NCBI GenBank assembly: GCA_964016885.1
Contig: OZ024741.1
Span: forward strand, 205,282,001-205,346,000
Reading direction: 5' to 3'
DNA: 64,000 bases
Source: Eledone cirrhosa
Taxonomy: Eukaryota
The position numbers and the translations under genes were made by a program. Below the pieces are notes generated by a model. The model was not told the DNA's origin and did not search any database. It worked only from the letters and a program-made list of their open reading frames with translations. This document shows, piece after piece, positions 1-13,842 of this stretch. Position 1 is the first letter of the stretch, and each line of letters opens with the position of its first letter.

Positions 1-1567
1 GTTAATTTTGCTAGAGCACAAAACGTGTTTTGTCTAAGTAACAAACAGAAGAAAAAAAGATAAGTAAAACACTATTATTTTGAGATGTTTTAAAAGTAAA
101 AGCAAAGCCTTGGTTGTTTTCTTAGAGAACTATAATTACACAAAGTCTAGCCAAGTACATCTATTAGACAGTACATCTAACAATCTAACAGTTTTTAATG
201 TTGCAACTAACCTTTTTTAAAGTTAATTGCGACAGAAGAATAAAATTAGTTTGTTTAATTGCAGGGGTGTCTTTTTTATACAAATTAATAAATGTATCCA
301 CAAGCAATTTATGGAGATAATTTGTAGATGGAGGGGGGGGGGGGGGGGGGGGGGTATAGCTGTGAATTAAAACTTCAGTGAAACAACAGAGAAGGTTGCA
401 CCAGTTCTTCATCAAAATTAACTTGGCAGCTCAATATAATCAGAAAATTAGATTCTGCAACAATAGCCTACAATGATTCATTTCTATGTCCCAATTAATC
501 CCATTTCCTTCATTGTTACTGTAACTGCCAGTGTATCTTTATTAAACTATCATCATCATCATCATTGGGTTCACTTTGCCTTTCATCATTCTTAGTCAAT
601 AAAATAAGTACAAGTTAAAATACTAGATCAATTTAATCAACCATACCACCTCTTGTAATAATCATTATTATTATTTACCAAGAGAAAATAAAATAAAGCA
701 CCCGTAATACTAGTGGGGTCGATTTAATCGACTTTGCCCTTTTTTTAAAATCAATATCTTCATGCCAAACGTAGAAACAATTATTAACAATAAAATAAAG
801 ATGAATTACTGAGATGGATGAAATTGGTCACAGCTCTTCACAAAATGTGGCCTTGTGCTTATGCTGGAAATCACTATTATCATTTTACAAATAAGTAAAT
901 AAATAATTTTTAAACAAGGATTGACTGGATTAATCCTAAAAATAATTATACAGTAATTTTACTGAATTAGGATGAATGAAAGTCAAATATACATTGGTAC
1001 TAATACTAAGCTACCCACACTGTGCCCAAATCCTATAAATAAACAAAATAACAACCATGAATACATACATTTTAAATAGCTAGCAAACTTTTTTCTCCCC
1101 AAAGCATTTCTACAGCGTATCAAGCTTTAAATTTCAACTTCCATTCATCTAACACAAGACTCATTAACCCTTTCTTTACTATATTTATAATATAAGAAAT
1201 CCATTTTGAAAATAATCAAGAATTTGCAGAGATTTAGTAATAACTTTTTCATTATTAAACTCATGTTTGGAGCAAAACTTAAAATTCCTTATATAAAAAT
1301 TATGATGGAATGTTTTTAGATAAATATAAGCACTTTAAAACAAACAGTTTTGTATCATAGAACTAGGGAATTTTAGGCAGTTTTGGTATCAAAATATATA
1401 CATATACTCAACCATTCAAGGACTAGCAATAAACACCTTCACAAAATTTGAATCATGGATCCTTTATTTTGCTCAGTGTAAATGTTCTAAACATTGCAAC
1501 ACATGCTTTCACTTTTATATCACTCAAACATTTCATCTATTGATGTGCACTCTCTCACACACACACA

Positions 1568-1871
1568 TCTATATATATATATAAAACTGAGGATGTCTGT
1601 GTGTGTGAGTTTGAATCCCTAAAACTCGAGAACCACCCAACCGACTGTTTTCAAACTTTACACATGTAATACTTATGTTTCAGGGAGTGTTCTGAGCAAA
1701 AGAAATTTCCAAATTTTCAATGCCCTAGGGACCGCATTAGGCGATTTAGCGATCTCTCTCTATAATTCTTAGTCTTTCTCTTTGTAGATAGATACATACA
1801 TATAACGTCGCGCCCTTATAATATGTCTGTATGTCTGACTGCCTGCATTATGTCACTTCCCTAAGGATATC

Positions 1872-1945
<74 letters not shown>

Positions 1946-2553
1946 CGCGCGTGCGTCTGTGAGTTTGAATCCCTAAAACTCGAGAAGTACCCAACCGATT
2001 TTTTTCAAACTTTACATGTGTATTACTTATGTTTCAGGAAGTGTTATGCACATAAAAAATTCAGTTTTTCACCTAGGGCCCGCATTAGGTGAAAAACTGC
2101 ATTTTAAAAGCTTTTTAGGGGTTTTTTGAGGCGTTACGTCAGACCGATTTCCTTGAAATTGTAACTATGTATTAGTCAGTCTCTTCTTCATACCGTGAGC
2201 AAAGAAAATTCAACTTTTTTATGGCCTAGGGCCCGCATTAGGTGAAAAACTTCATTTTTTTCAGCTTTTTAGGGTTTTTTGGAAGTGTTACGTCTAGCCG
2301 ATTTTCCCGAAATTTCAAGGCATATTATGTACATAAAAAAATTATTTTCTTGATCCCCTAAGGCCCGCATTAGGTGAAAACCTGCATTTTTCCTGCTTCA
2401 TCGAGGAAAATCTTTAAAATTATCCAGCTATCAGAGTATTCGGTTTATTTTCTTTACATATTGTCCAGGTATGCAGTTTTTCCACGATTAGGTCTGTTGG
2501 CAACCCGCGTTCCAAAATACCTTATCCTGTGCAACGCCAGGTATCACTGCTAG
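1568..2553 (+). mobile_element. Non-autonomous Helitron
   Basis: 5' TC(TA)nAAAACTG. 3' hairpin CCTGTGCAACGCCAGG (2526-2541) then CTAG. Sits between host A and T. Internal (GT)n, a duplicated GAGTTTGAATCCCTAAAACTCGAGAA block and 4 copies of a GG(C/A)CCGCATTAGG subrepeat. Confidence 0.8.
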
Positions 2554-2556
2554 TAC

Positions 2557-2610
<54 letters not shown>

Positions 2611-4019
2611 GGGCTGTAATAGTTAACTAAAAGGGTTGGTCATAGGAAGGGTATCTGGCTGTAAAACATTTCCTTAAAAGGACCTCATGATGTGCAATGT
2701 CTATCATAGGGCCCACATACAGTTAATATGTGAGTGTGAGTCTATATATCAATTGGATTTTAATTATTTATAGGTATTTTATATGTGTATGTATTTATAT
2801 ATTCATGCATAAGTCCCCCCCCCCCCTCCAAAAAAAATTGTGATGTGAAAAACCAACATACAGAGCTACAAAACTTCAAAATATATGGTACATTGTAAAT
2901 AAATATAAAATGGAGCATCAAATTATAAATTAAAACATTGTACAGAAATTGGTTTGTAACATTTACACAAACAAAACATGATTAATATATATGTATAGAT
3001 ATACTTGCTTTGAGTATGAACTGAGCTCAAAACAGGACATCAGTGTATGTAACTTAACAGTAAAAGAAGAACAGGAAATATATAACAAAGCTATCAATAC
3101 AGGAAAAATAAATATATGAAACAAAAGTTTAAATCTTCTTAATAAAAATAATAAACATTAAATATTGACAAGATCCATTTCAGAATGTGATTCACAGAAA
3201 AATTCCTGATTGCAAAATATCCAAGTGTAATAACTAAATGGAGCAATAACAGATTTAGTGTTTCCAGTTTGGCAGTTACAAAACACTAAACCACTTTGAC
3301 TAGGATGCTGTTTGGTTAAGTAACAATGTTTTTAGTTGCTGTGAACAGTTAGTGTTGCAAGAAGAGGAAAGTGAGAGTGAGTGAGAGAGAGAGAGATAAC
3401 AGAGCAGTCCTGACCAAACTATCACTTGATGCCTAACATGAACAAAAGATTATAATTGATCATAGAACTGTATTCTTTTTGTTTTGTTTTACTTTGAAAC
3501 ACACAATATTCTGTTACAAAATGAAACTTAACTGCCATATAAAAACTCTATAATCCATTGAGTCTTTTAAACTAATGTTTCTGCAATCATATGACTGAAA
3601 TTATTTTGAAACAAAAAAAAAAAAAATGAAAAAAATGTAATTATAAAAACAACATAAAACAAAAAGGAAATAAGTTCATACAAAAGTGACTTAACATGGG
3701 GAATTGTTGCTGTAAACAGACTTCTAACAATAACTTTGTAAAAAACGAATAAATAAATTGAGTTTTAAAATAGTTTCATACTGGTATCATAATGATGTCT
3801 TTTGACAAAAAGATCTCTCTTTTTCTCTTTCAGTTTATATATCTAATTTTATATCACTTTAGTACATAAAAGCCACAGAACAAAAACCTAATTCACATTT
3901 ATTATAGATTTTGGGGGATGGGAAGGGAGAGAGAAGTAGCAATCATTATGTCTAAAACGTCACAGAATTTCCAGATTAGATTTAATGGAACTAACTTTAA
4001 TTTAGGAAAAAACTGCCTT

Positions 4020-4530
4020 AACTTTGAAACTTATTTGACAGGAAAACAGGGGTAAGTGAACACAATATTGGTAAAAAGAGGAGAGACAAACAAGTAAAAA
4101 ATGTCTGAGTGGAAGCAGCTAAGGAACAGCGAACCCAGAAGAGCAAGGGTCAGTGGAGTATCAGTAGAAAAAGCAGAGCAAGGAGTTAGCAGAGGTTAAT
4201 GGAGTATTGGTAGAAAAAGAACAGAGACAACAGAGGTCACTGAAGTATCAGCAGAAATAGTAGAGCAAGGAAACAGCATGTCTGTGGATCAGAGGTTGGA
4301 GTGTGTTGGTGTATGACTTCATGCCAATAAGTTAAGTGGCCTTTCTTTGGATGTGACCTAGGATGTCTGTATGTGTAGCATCAGCACTGGCCCAGATGCA
4401 GGAACAGTACTCCATTGAGGGTCTCAACTGCGCTTGTAGACAGACAGTTGTTGGAAGATGAAGTATTTTCTGTCTCTGAAGAAGGCCAATCTTCGAGATG
4501 TAATCTTTGCTATGTCATGGTTGTCTCTCA
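4020..4530 (-). pseudogene. Decayed CR1/L2-group LINE ORF2 C-terminal fragment
   Basis: Minus strand near 4385-4435 reads AQLRPSMEYCSCIWAS, matching the recalled YKAQIRPxMEYCSxIW motif. Frameshifted, with a degenerate ~60-bp internal repeat at 4138-4280. Confidence 0.45.
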
Positions 4531-7500
4531 CCAAGATAGTAAAGTATAAACATTTGAACTTCTAGTTGGTTCTAGTTGCGTACTCATGATGTTTGGGAGT
4601 ACAATAATGCACGATTGTCTTTGTAGTGTTGAAGGTGGTTTGGTATCAAAAGGGTTAAGATACAGGAAAAAATGGAGACAATGGAAAACACAAACAAAGT
4701 ATCACCAGAGTAAAATTATCGAAATGGAATTTTCAATGACAGTAAAATATGTAACATTCGTGTTCAACATCAATTGAACACTTGACCTTACAATCACTAC
4801 CCCAGTTACCGTAATGTAATGTATGTGGTCAGAAGTCAAACAATAATGATGATGATGATGGATGCATGCAATGTATAGAGCCAAAGTACCTTCTTACAGA
4901 ACAAATGCTGGTCATTCACTCATTTCACACAGACAACCACAGTGTCTCACATTGATGTTAATTAGCAAATATTATTAGCAGAGCACATTTAGTTGTTATC
5001 CTACTAATGGAATTTCATTAATGTAGCTACAATGACCTTGTTTGTGTCTCATCAGATTGGACTGTTTAAATATAAGCAAAAAAAAAAAAAAAAACACAGA
5101 GAGCAATACCTAAAGCTGGTGTCTGTTCTCTCTAATCAATATTTAGAACATTAACCACAGTAAATTTTAATAAAACAAATTAACAAAAAAACATTTTTTC
5201 TTTCCATTCTTTACTTTGATGCTTGATGTTTTTATATATTTATCATTTTCAGTTATGACAGATTACTTCATAACAGACTATATATGAAGAAAACACTTAG
5301 TCTTATTGTCGTGACACCTCCAAATATAACAATATTTCATGTATTATTAAGTAGGACTTATTTAAAGTAAGAAACTATTGCAGTGCAGTTACTCTTCTTT
5401 AAACCATTATCATTTAAACTGGCTTCTCTCACCTCTTTCTGATCAAACTGGCTGCTCATACTGATGTTAACGTAGTGTTCTCAAAATAAATACCATCAAA
5501 ATCGCATAGATTCAATATTATGCTAGATAATTATATAAGATAACGCCTTTACCACAAAAATACAATCGTATATATAGAATAATGTAAATGGTAAAGGGTT
5601 AATAATACAAGTTATAGCATTAATCCTTTTGAAGCATTAATGCTTGAAACTGCTCCTGATTCCATGATACAAAATTGTTTTAATGTGATCATTTCTATCT
5701 AAAAACTTCCATCATCATTTTATTTAAGAACTTTTAATACCAGCATAATAATAAAGTTAGATATTAGTAAATCTTTCCAAAATTCTTGATTATTTTCAAA
5801 ATTATTTGAAAACCTGCAGTGTCTCATTACAAATATGGAAACAAAAAGGATAACAATGGTAATGAAGAAGTGAGATGATCAATTAACATTTTAGTTTTTA
5901 TCTTGCTTGCAGAACTAGGTTGTGCCATTTGAGAAAAGGTATTCAATTCTTACTGCTTCGTGCTAAACTAGCTGCAGATTGATAGTATAGTATTCTGATA
6001 GCAGTCAAGTATCTGATCAAATGACAGAAGTAGGTACAAATTGTGGTAACAGCTTGTGCATGGACTAAAATGTTAATCCGACTTGTAAGTAGTTTTAGCA
6101 ACGAGCAGTGTAGCAAGTGCACATATTAGACACACACATGTAACCTAAGTCATATGGCTGAAAGGAATACTTTCAACAAAGCTAATCAAAGGTTAGATTC
6201 TGTCAACATTTTTAGTTATAACAAGCGCAACTTTATTGTTGACAAGAAATTTGATTTAAAAATTATTCCAATTTTAAAGACAATCAGAAGTTTATCTAGA
6301 GGGATAAATTATAAATGATTCTGTACAAAAGATACTATATAAGAAACACTAAGATTGACATTGAATTTAGTGAAGCACTTATTGTACATATGAGTGTTCA
6401 TCATCCTCTTTTCTTCATTATTGTTCCTGAAGCATTAACATAAAAATTTGCGACTTGAGTTAGGAAACCTCATATACTGAAGATCTAACTCATTGTAGAC
6501 TGTACTAAGGTTTTAGAAGAAATTCTTTAACTCGAAGAGTCAAAATACCATTTTGGCAAATAAAGCACTAGTCAGTAACACAGAAAAACTCTTCACCACC
6601 ATGAGTAACACAGACGAACATCTCACTACCATCAATAACTCCTTACTACCTTCAGTAAACTGTATTCAATGTTGTTACAGCTCACACTTATGTAAGTTTA
6701 GCTGGCCTCTTAAAAGGTTTCATCTAATAGGAAATTTCTCAGGAGTTTTAATGATTGGGGTGCATCTTAGAAATGGATACACAAGAGATGAAGTGTGATC
6801 TCAAGCACACCAAGAAGAAATCAATACTTCAGAAAGCAAGTTATAAAGAAGCTGTAGAGGGAAATGACTTCAGTTTTTCCCACCTAAGCAATGTAATTAG
6901 TGTTTGACATAGTCAGAGTAGAGGAAAAAATAAAATAAAAAACAAAGTGGGGAGTTCTTTGGTGTTAGATGAAGCATGTGTGAAAAGTGTGATAATGTGG
7001 TGGCGGGATATAAGTGGATATGATACTAGTATAAAGTAAAAAGAAAAAAAAGTTTTGTTTTGTTCTTTGTTTTTACTGGTTTGTTCTGAGAAGAGGAGTT
7101 GTACCCATGTTTCAGAACAATTCATGTTCTTGAAATAAAATTAGAAGCCAATGTTCATAGACCTTTATTTGGGGGATAATATAAGCTAACTTATAAGATA
7201 TAGCTGTCTGTCCTCAATAAATATGGTTGTGTACCACAGTAAATTAAAGAGAATGATTAAGTAAACTTAGAACATTAATGTAATTAAGGTCTTAGAAAAA
7301 ACATTCTTGTGAAAAGACAAGAATGTTAAGCTTAACCAGCTTAATGAAGCTGATAAAATTCCTTGGTAAAAAATAAAATGGAATGGAAAAATCCAACATA
7401 ATCTGTCTTAGAGCTTACAGAAAGTAATGACATTTTTATATTATATTTTTAAAAATGAATCAGTAAGAAATTTGTCCTTTATTTTTCTTTCTCAACTTAA

Positions 7501-8288
7501 AGTATTCTATTCAAGTCTATTTACATAGAAAAAAAAATAACACTAAAATACATTAAAAACGTTGATTTGAAGTAGGTTTTTTTTCTCAGTAATGTACACC
7601 ATCTGCAAATAAGTCAAAGTTTTATTTATTCAACTAAACTCTACTCTACCCCTTTACTTTTACTATCAGGAAGCTATTTTTGGTTGGTTAGTCTTTGGGT
7701 AATCCTGTAGACTTAGTCAAACTTATATTATCTATGGAATTAAGAATACAAATCCATCATAATTCTTACATGAAGAAAAATCACACTCTTCATTATCATA
7801 TGTTACTAGAAAGGGGAGAATATGAATGATTACCAATTTACAGCTTCAAGAACTGTATAAATCTCTCGGGAATTTAAGTATAGATGATTTTCCTGCCTCG
7901 CAATATACAGGCATGGCTTAAATGGCGACTAAGATTAGATTTTTTGCGATATCATGTCAATCAGTTCAAACAAGATTGAATAATTTAGAAAATCATTCAA
8001 ATAGATGAGTTATGTTACAAGTTTGGCAACCTTAAAAAGATTAAATGTAAAACTGCTATATGCAATCAGCATCAAATAAGAAGACTGACCATTTGGTTGA
8101 TCTAAATAATATACCAGAATGGATAGATCAGATTCGTGTTGTAGGAAATGTAGTGGTATGAATTGGGGTAAAGTAGTGGTCCACAAAGTAATAATACAGG
8201 GATCATAAAATAATATAGGTATGGTTTGGGTGAAGTGAAAAGGTTACAAGTTTTAAGGGAATTATTTCTTTTCTGAACTGCCAACTAT

Positions 8289-8567
8289 TTAGCCCTTTTA
8301 ATACGAATCCAGCTGAAACCGGCTCCATTTCTATGAAAGAAAATCAAAATTAAAACCTTTCAACATAATTTTATACTTTTGTCACAAGGCCAGCAATTAC
8401 CTCAGTGCATTATTTTATCGATCCCGTAAGGATGAAAGGTAAAGTTAACCTCGGCAGGATTTGACTTTCGTATCTTCATAATGAAATTATACTATATCCT
8501 CCAAATTCTTCATTGATTGAATGAAATACAGGGTATATCATTAGAAATACAATAACAAAAGGGTTAA
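8289..8567. mobile_element. TTAA-type (piggyBac-like) MITE with a nested SINE fragment
   Basis: Ends TTAG-CCCTTT...AAAGGG-TTAA. Related copies at ~1164-1394, ~5620-5853, ~17103-17412 and a right end at ~4635-4658. SINE piece at ~8375-8465. Confidence 0.55.
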
Positions 8568-8714
8568 GTATTATTTCTGCATTCGAGATTTTAATGATTT
8601 CATTACAACCAAAGTACATCACTCCCATTTACTACAGGCTACTTACAGTGAAACTAACACAATTCTTACACTGAGAGGTTAGTTAGCTTTAGAAAATCAC
8701 ACACACACACACAC

Positions 8715-8759
<45 letters not shown>

Positions 8760-9354
8760 GCCTCAAGAATTCATGTATATGAGATGCCTAAATTTAAAAA
8801 AAAAGGGAAGAGGTATTCATACATGTACATGAAAACTTTCAATATATTTACAGCCTACTGCATACATTTTATTCATTTATAGCACAAAGAAAACCAATTT
8901 TTTGATTACCTGGAATAAAACAACTGCTTAACAGAAGTTAACAATGAATTTCTAACAATTCTTTGTCATAAAAATAAACCATCACAAGTGGTTAGTTGAC
9001 AAATTTGAAGTACAGATTGTTTATCAGCCTACACTACTTCCATTATCTAACTTTTACCTCCTTCTTCCATAGATACCAAGTGCAACTACTTTAAGTATCT
9101 CTGTAGGCCTGTTTAAAAGCCCTAAGTACTATTTAGCTATTTACCCAATTACAAATCTACAGACTTGCACAATTAACACTTTTACAGCAGTTCATTGCAA
9201 CAACATTGAGCAAGTTTATAGTTAGTAGAAATTAACTCATATCATGGCAAATAACAGAACTTTTGAGGTTTTGTTATACAAAAGTTTCAACTGAAATGAA
9301 AGTCAGGCACAAAATAGAGACACTAAACAACCATCTTGAAGTAAACTCACATCA

Positions 9355-9465
9355 TGAGGTGCATGGCCTAGTGGTTAGGGTGGTGGGCTCAATCTTAAGA
9401 TCATGGTTTCAATTCCTGGACCAGACAGCATGTGTTCTTGAGCAAGATGCTTCATTTCACATTGA
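9355..9465 (+). mobile_element. Old tRNA-derived SINE head with CORE-like domain
   Basis: A box TGGCCTAGTGG, B-box-like GGTTTCAATTCC, then GTTCTTGAGCAAGATGCTT. Similar to 23647-23976. Confidence 0.55.
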
Positions 9466-9992
9466 TCTTCATGATAGAACTGAGGGCCTCAACATTAAAA
9501 CACCTAACAAATCTCATATAGTGAGATTTGAGGGATTATGACTATCTCTAACAAGAGCAACCACATAGATCATCCCATTTTTGAGAGATTTGACTGCTAT
9601 TTCTAGTAGGTTAATAAACAACAGAGTCTACCTTGTTAACTCATCAGACAAATAACCATATTGCTCAAGTACATAAATAAGTCTCTTTACTCTATGCTTG
9701 CAAAGTCTGAAAGGTCTTCACAACAAAATCATAGGATGAACATAAATGCGAGATATGTGAGCATGAAACCTATTTGTACTTTGTAAAGTGCTAGTAATTA
9801 ATCAAAGCTGCAGTATTTTCTGGCTGTGAAGAGGAACATCGGCTTTTGTAGTAAATTTTCACTGAAGTATACTACTAAAGCTGGCTAATTATCTTTTTCC
9901 ATAAAATCCATGATCGGTAAAACTTATCCTTTAAGAAAAGCCACTGTACAAATAAGAAATGGGTAACATGAAGAGTAAGTCCACAAATAAAT

Positions 9993-10280
9993 TGTAAAAC
10001 TAGAAATGTAGTCACAGAGGGTGCCTGCAGAAACATGACAACATATATAGGAGAGACAGCCTGTAGCATAGGAGAGAGGATAGATGAACACTAGAGTGAA
10101 CTAAAAGGACAAAAAGACAATTCAGTACTATATGAACACGCCAGACTAAGATGGTAATATAGACAACATAGAAATTAAAATAATATCTAAACATAGGAAT
10201 GACTCCACAATTAGACAAATTAGGGAGGCTACAGAAACAGAATTAAGAAAACCTAGGCTGAACAGAAAATATGAATGGAA
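9993..10280 (+). pseudogene. Penelope-like element GIY-YIG endonuclease remnant
   Basis: Reads CKTRNVVTEGAC...YIGETACSIGERIDEH*, then after a frameshift ...RQIREATETELRKPRLNRKYEW. Followed by a hammerhead core at 10544. Confidence 0.75.
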
Positions 10281-10543
10281 TAACAACAACCATACACAAA
10301 CACACACTAGTGATCTAAGATAAAATATAAATATGCACAAATGCAATAACAACACCCACACATAAACACACATTAATGACCAAAGATAGAATATAAACAC
10401 ATAAACAGACACAGACACGAACACACACCAAACAGAAACAGAATACACGCACACAAGTGCATGGGTAAACAGAGACAACAATAAATAAATAAAGTAGAAT
10501 AAGAAAACATTACAGGAACACAACAGGAAACATAGAAGCATCA

Positions 10544-10573
10544 CTGATGATGTCACAAATTTGTGTGACAAAA
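10544..10573 (+). ncRNA. Decayed hammerhead ribozyme core (Penelope-associated)
   Basis: CTGATGA, stem II GTCACA/TGTGAC, then AAAA in place of GAAA (consistent with CpG decay). Confidence 0.5.
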
Positions 10574-11656
10574 GAACTCTGAGAAACTATATATTTATGT
10601 TTTAACTGTTGGTCAATCAATGATGAACATTGATTGCCAGTTGAATTATTTCTAGAAATACAAAAATATACTGAAGCGAAAACCAAACCAAACAGTGAGT
10701 GTGTTTTACTATATTTTTATGGCAATATTAGAACATGACCCTCCCCAAATATAACAATATCTGTTTCAACACATGATTGCAAAACGAATACATCCTCATT
10801 TTTTACATCTTATATAAAATCCACAATTAAAAAAACATGAGACCTCCATGTGGTCGGTCAACATGCTGGAAAGGATAGCCTAGCAACCCTCAAATCACAC
10901 CCAGGTTTCTTAAAAAAAAAAATTTTTTTAAATTAAAAAAAAGAACTGATGTATTTCTTGATACACTATATCTAAAAAGAATAGACACAATTGTTATGGC
11001 TGCAAAGTTGTTAAACGTAAGTCTGCTTGATGAGGGCTGCCCTGTAAATAAACAACAGGCATTCTTATTTCAAGTTCAGATTATTGTATTATTCTTCACA
11101 AGTTTTAGTGCCTGGACTGTAAGTATGGTAGAGTACTGCCATCAATGATATACATACAACTTCAGTACTAAATTTATGAACCTCTAAAGGATGAAACACA
11201 AAGGTAACCCTAACAGAATTTGTCTGACACTACTGGCTGATTTTGCAATATACTACCTTATATGAACAGGACAACAGACTCACTGGTGATACTTAGAGCA
11301 TTAACAAATGCTTTCCATGTGACCAAGTTACCAATTACACTCATTTCTTTTTTTTTCATCTCATTCATGTTGAAACATGTAAGAGAATGTCTTAAATATT
11401 TTCATCTTACTTGCCTATATATGTGTGTACACACACATACACACAAATGTGAGTGTGTGTCTATATATATTTATATATACGTGTGTGTATCTATGTATGT
11501 GGGTGTATATATATATGTGTATATATATATATGTGTATGCATGTATATGTGTATATATGTGTGTATGTATGTATATGTGTATATATGCATGTATGTATAT
11601 ATGTGTGTATGTATGTATGTATATATGTGTGTATGTATGTATGTATATATATATAT

Positions 11657-13202
11657 TTACAGGAAAAGTACCTAGCTAAAAGTAAGCTGCTCTACCTGGC
11701 ATTTGTCGATCTGGAAAAAGCCTTCGACAGAGTCCCCCATGCTATAATCTGGTGGGCTCTTAGAAAATTAGGAGTAGATGAATGGCTTGTGATAGCTGTA
11801 CAAGCCATGTATAGAGGAGCAGTCAGCAAAGTTAGAGTTAGCAATGAATATAGCGAGGAATTTAGCATGCAGGTCGGTGTCCACCAGGGCTCTGTTCTTA
11901 GCCCTCTCCTGTTCATTATAGTTTTGCAGGCAATAACGGAGGAGTTTAAGACCGGATGCTCATGGGAACTCCTGTATGCAGATGGCCTCGCACTTATAGC
12001 TGAATCCATGGTGGAACTAGAGAAGAAATTCCAAACATGGAAGCAGGTCTCAAAGTCAACCTGACAAAGACTAAGGTCCTTGTAATTAGATGAGAAAACA
12101 GAACCCAGATTCCCTCAGGGAAATGTCCTTGCTCAGTATGTAGGAAAGGTGTAGGTAGGAACTCCATCCTCTGCCCCAAATGCAAACAATGGGTACACAA
12201 GAGATGTAGTGGGATCTCAGGAAGTTTAACTAAGAATGTAGGCTTTACATGTAGCAGCTGTGCTGGGACAGCTAGCAGCAAACAACCATAGGAAACAAGC
12301 ACCACCAAACTCTGGGAGGGCTCTGTAGAAACAGTAGACAGCTTCTGCTACCTAGGTGACCGAATTAGCAGCGAAGGTGGGTGTTCAGAAAGTACAATAA
12401 CTAGGGTAAGAACGGGATGGAAGAAGTTCAGGGAGCTACTGCCACTGCTAGCTGCAAAAAGCTTTTCCCTCAAAATGAAAGGCAGACTGTATGATGCGTG
12501 TATACAAAGAGCAATGTTACATTGTAGTGAGACCTGGGCGCTGTCTGTAGAAGACTTGCGCAGATTAGAAAGAAACGAAGCCTGCATGCTCCGATGGATG
12601 TGTAATAGTAATATACGCGAACGGCAAAGTATAAACGAATTGAGATAGAGACTGAGCATCAGAGGAATCAAATGCTGTGTGCAAGAGAGGAGGTTACGTT
12701 GGTTTGGACATGTGATGCGTATGAAGGATGACAGCTGCATAAAAAGGTACAGAGCACTAGAAGTCGATGGAAGCTGCGGAGTGGGGAGACCCAAGAAGAC
12801 CTGGGATGAGGTGATAAAAGCTGACCTTACCCAATTGCACCTCTCAAAGGCAATGACACACGACCGTGGCCTCTGGTGTCACGCAGTAATACAGAAGACC
12901 GAAGGAACAAGCCGAAGCTGAAGCATATATGCCCCTACTCCCCCACTGCAAAGTGGTTGTGGAGGTGCCACGGCAAAAAAGCACCCGGCCCACACTGTAA
13001 AGTGGACGTGTAGGCGCCACGGAAAAAAAGCACCCAGCACTCACTGTAAATGAGGTTGGTGTTTGGAAGGGCATCCAGCCAAAATCAGTTCCTGTATGAG
13101 CAAGACAAGGTCAGCCGACCAGACACTGCCCACAACAGGACAACCCGTCTAACCCATGCTAGCGTGGAAGAACGGACGTAAAACGATGATGATAATGATG
13201 AT
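11657..13202 (+). mobile_element. RTE LINE family A, 5'-truncated and disrupted
   Basis: RT motifs FVDLEKAFD, GVHQGSVLSP and YADG (mutated YADD). PHD region, frameshift and stops, 3'UTR and (GAT)n tail. Preceded by a TA/TG array at 11420-11656. Confidence 0.93.
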
Positions 13203-13209
13203 ATATATA

Positions 13210-13842
13210 TGCAAACTAAGGGTACATAAGAGATGTAGTGGGATCTCAGGAAGTTTAGCTAAATATTTAGGTTTTTACATGTAGCCACTGCACCGGGGCA
13301 GTAAGCAGTAAACGGCCACAGAAAATAAGCGCTATCAAATTCCTGGAAAGTTCAGTAGATAAAGTAGACAGCTTCTGCTACCTGGGTGACCAAATTAGCA
13401 ACAGAGGTGGGTGTTCTGAAAGTACAGTAGTCAGAGTGAGAGCAGGATGGAAGAAGTTCAAGGAGCTACTAACACTGCTGGCTACAAAAGGCTTTTCCCT
13501 CAGAATGAAAGGCAGACTGCATGATGCATGCATAGGAACAGCAATGTTGCATGGTATATAGTATGCACCACCCTCACCCCACTGTCCCATACAGCTCTCA
13601 TGAGGACAGGCTGTAGCATACATCTAGTGAAGCTTCCAGCCCATACTGTAAAGGGATCATGATAGCGACACAAAAAGTGCCCAGCCCACATTGTAAAGTG
13701 GTCATGTAGGTGTCAGGACAAAAAGCACCCAGCCCACACTGTAAAGTGGTCATGTAGGAGTCACGACAAAAAGGTCCCAGCACACACTGTAAAGTGGTCA
13801 AGTAGGAGTCACGACGACAAAAAGGACCCAGCACGCACTGTA
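13210..13842 (+). mobile_element. RTE subfamily A2 fragment plus tandem 3'UTR module
   Basis: Second half of the PHD through TAMLHG (13210-13556). Then ~5 copies of a ~40-bp CAGCCCACACTGTAAAGTGG... unit at 13640-13842. Confidence 0.8.

Noticed and set aside
8895-8930. Recursive splice site on the minus strand (TTCCAG|GTAATC)
   Set aside because: A single motif expected by chance in AT-rich DNA, with no host gene established.
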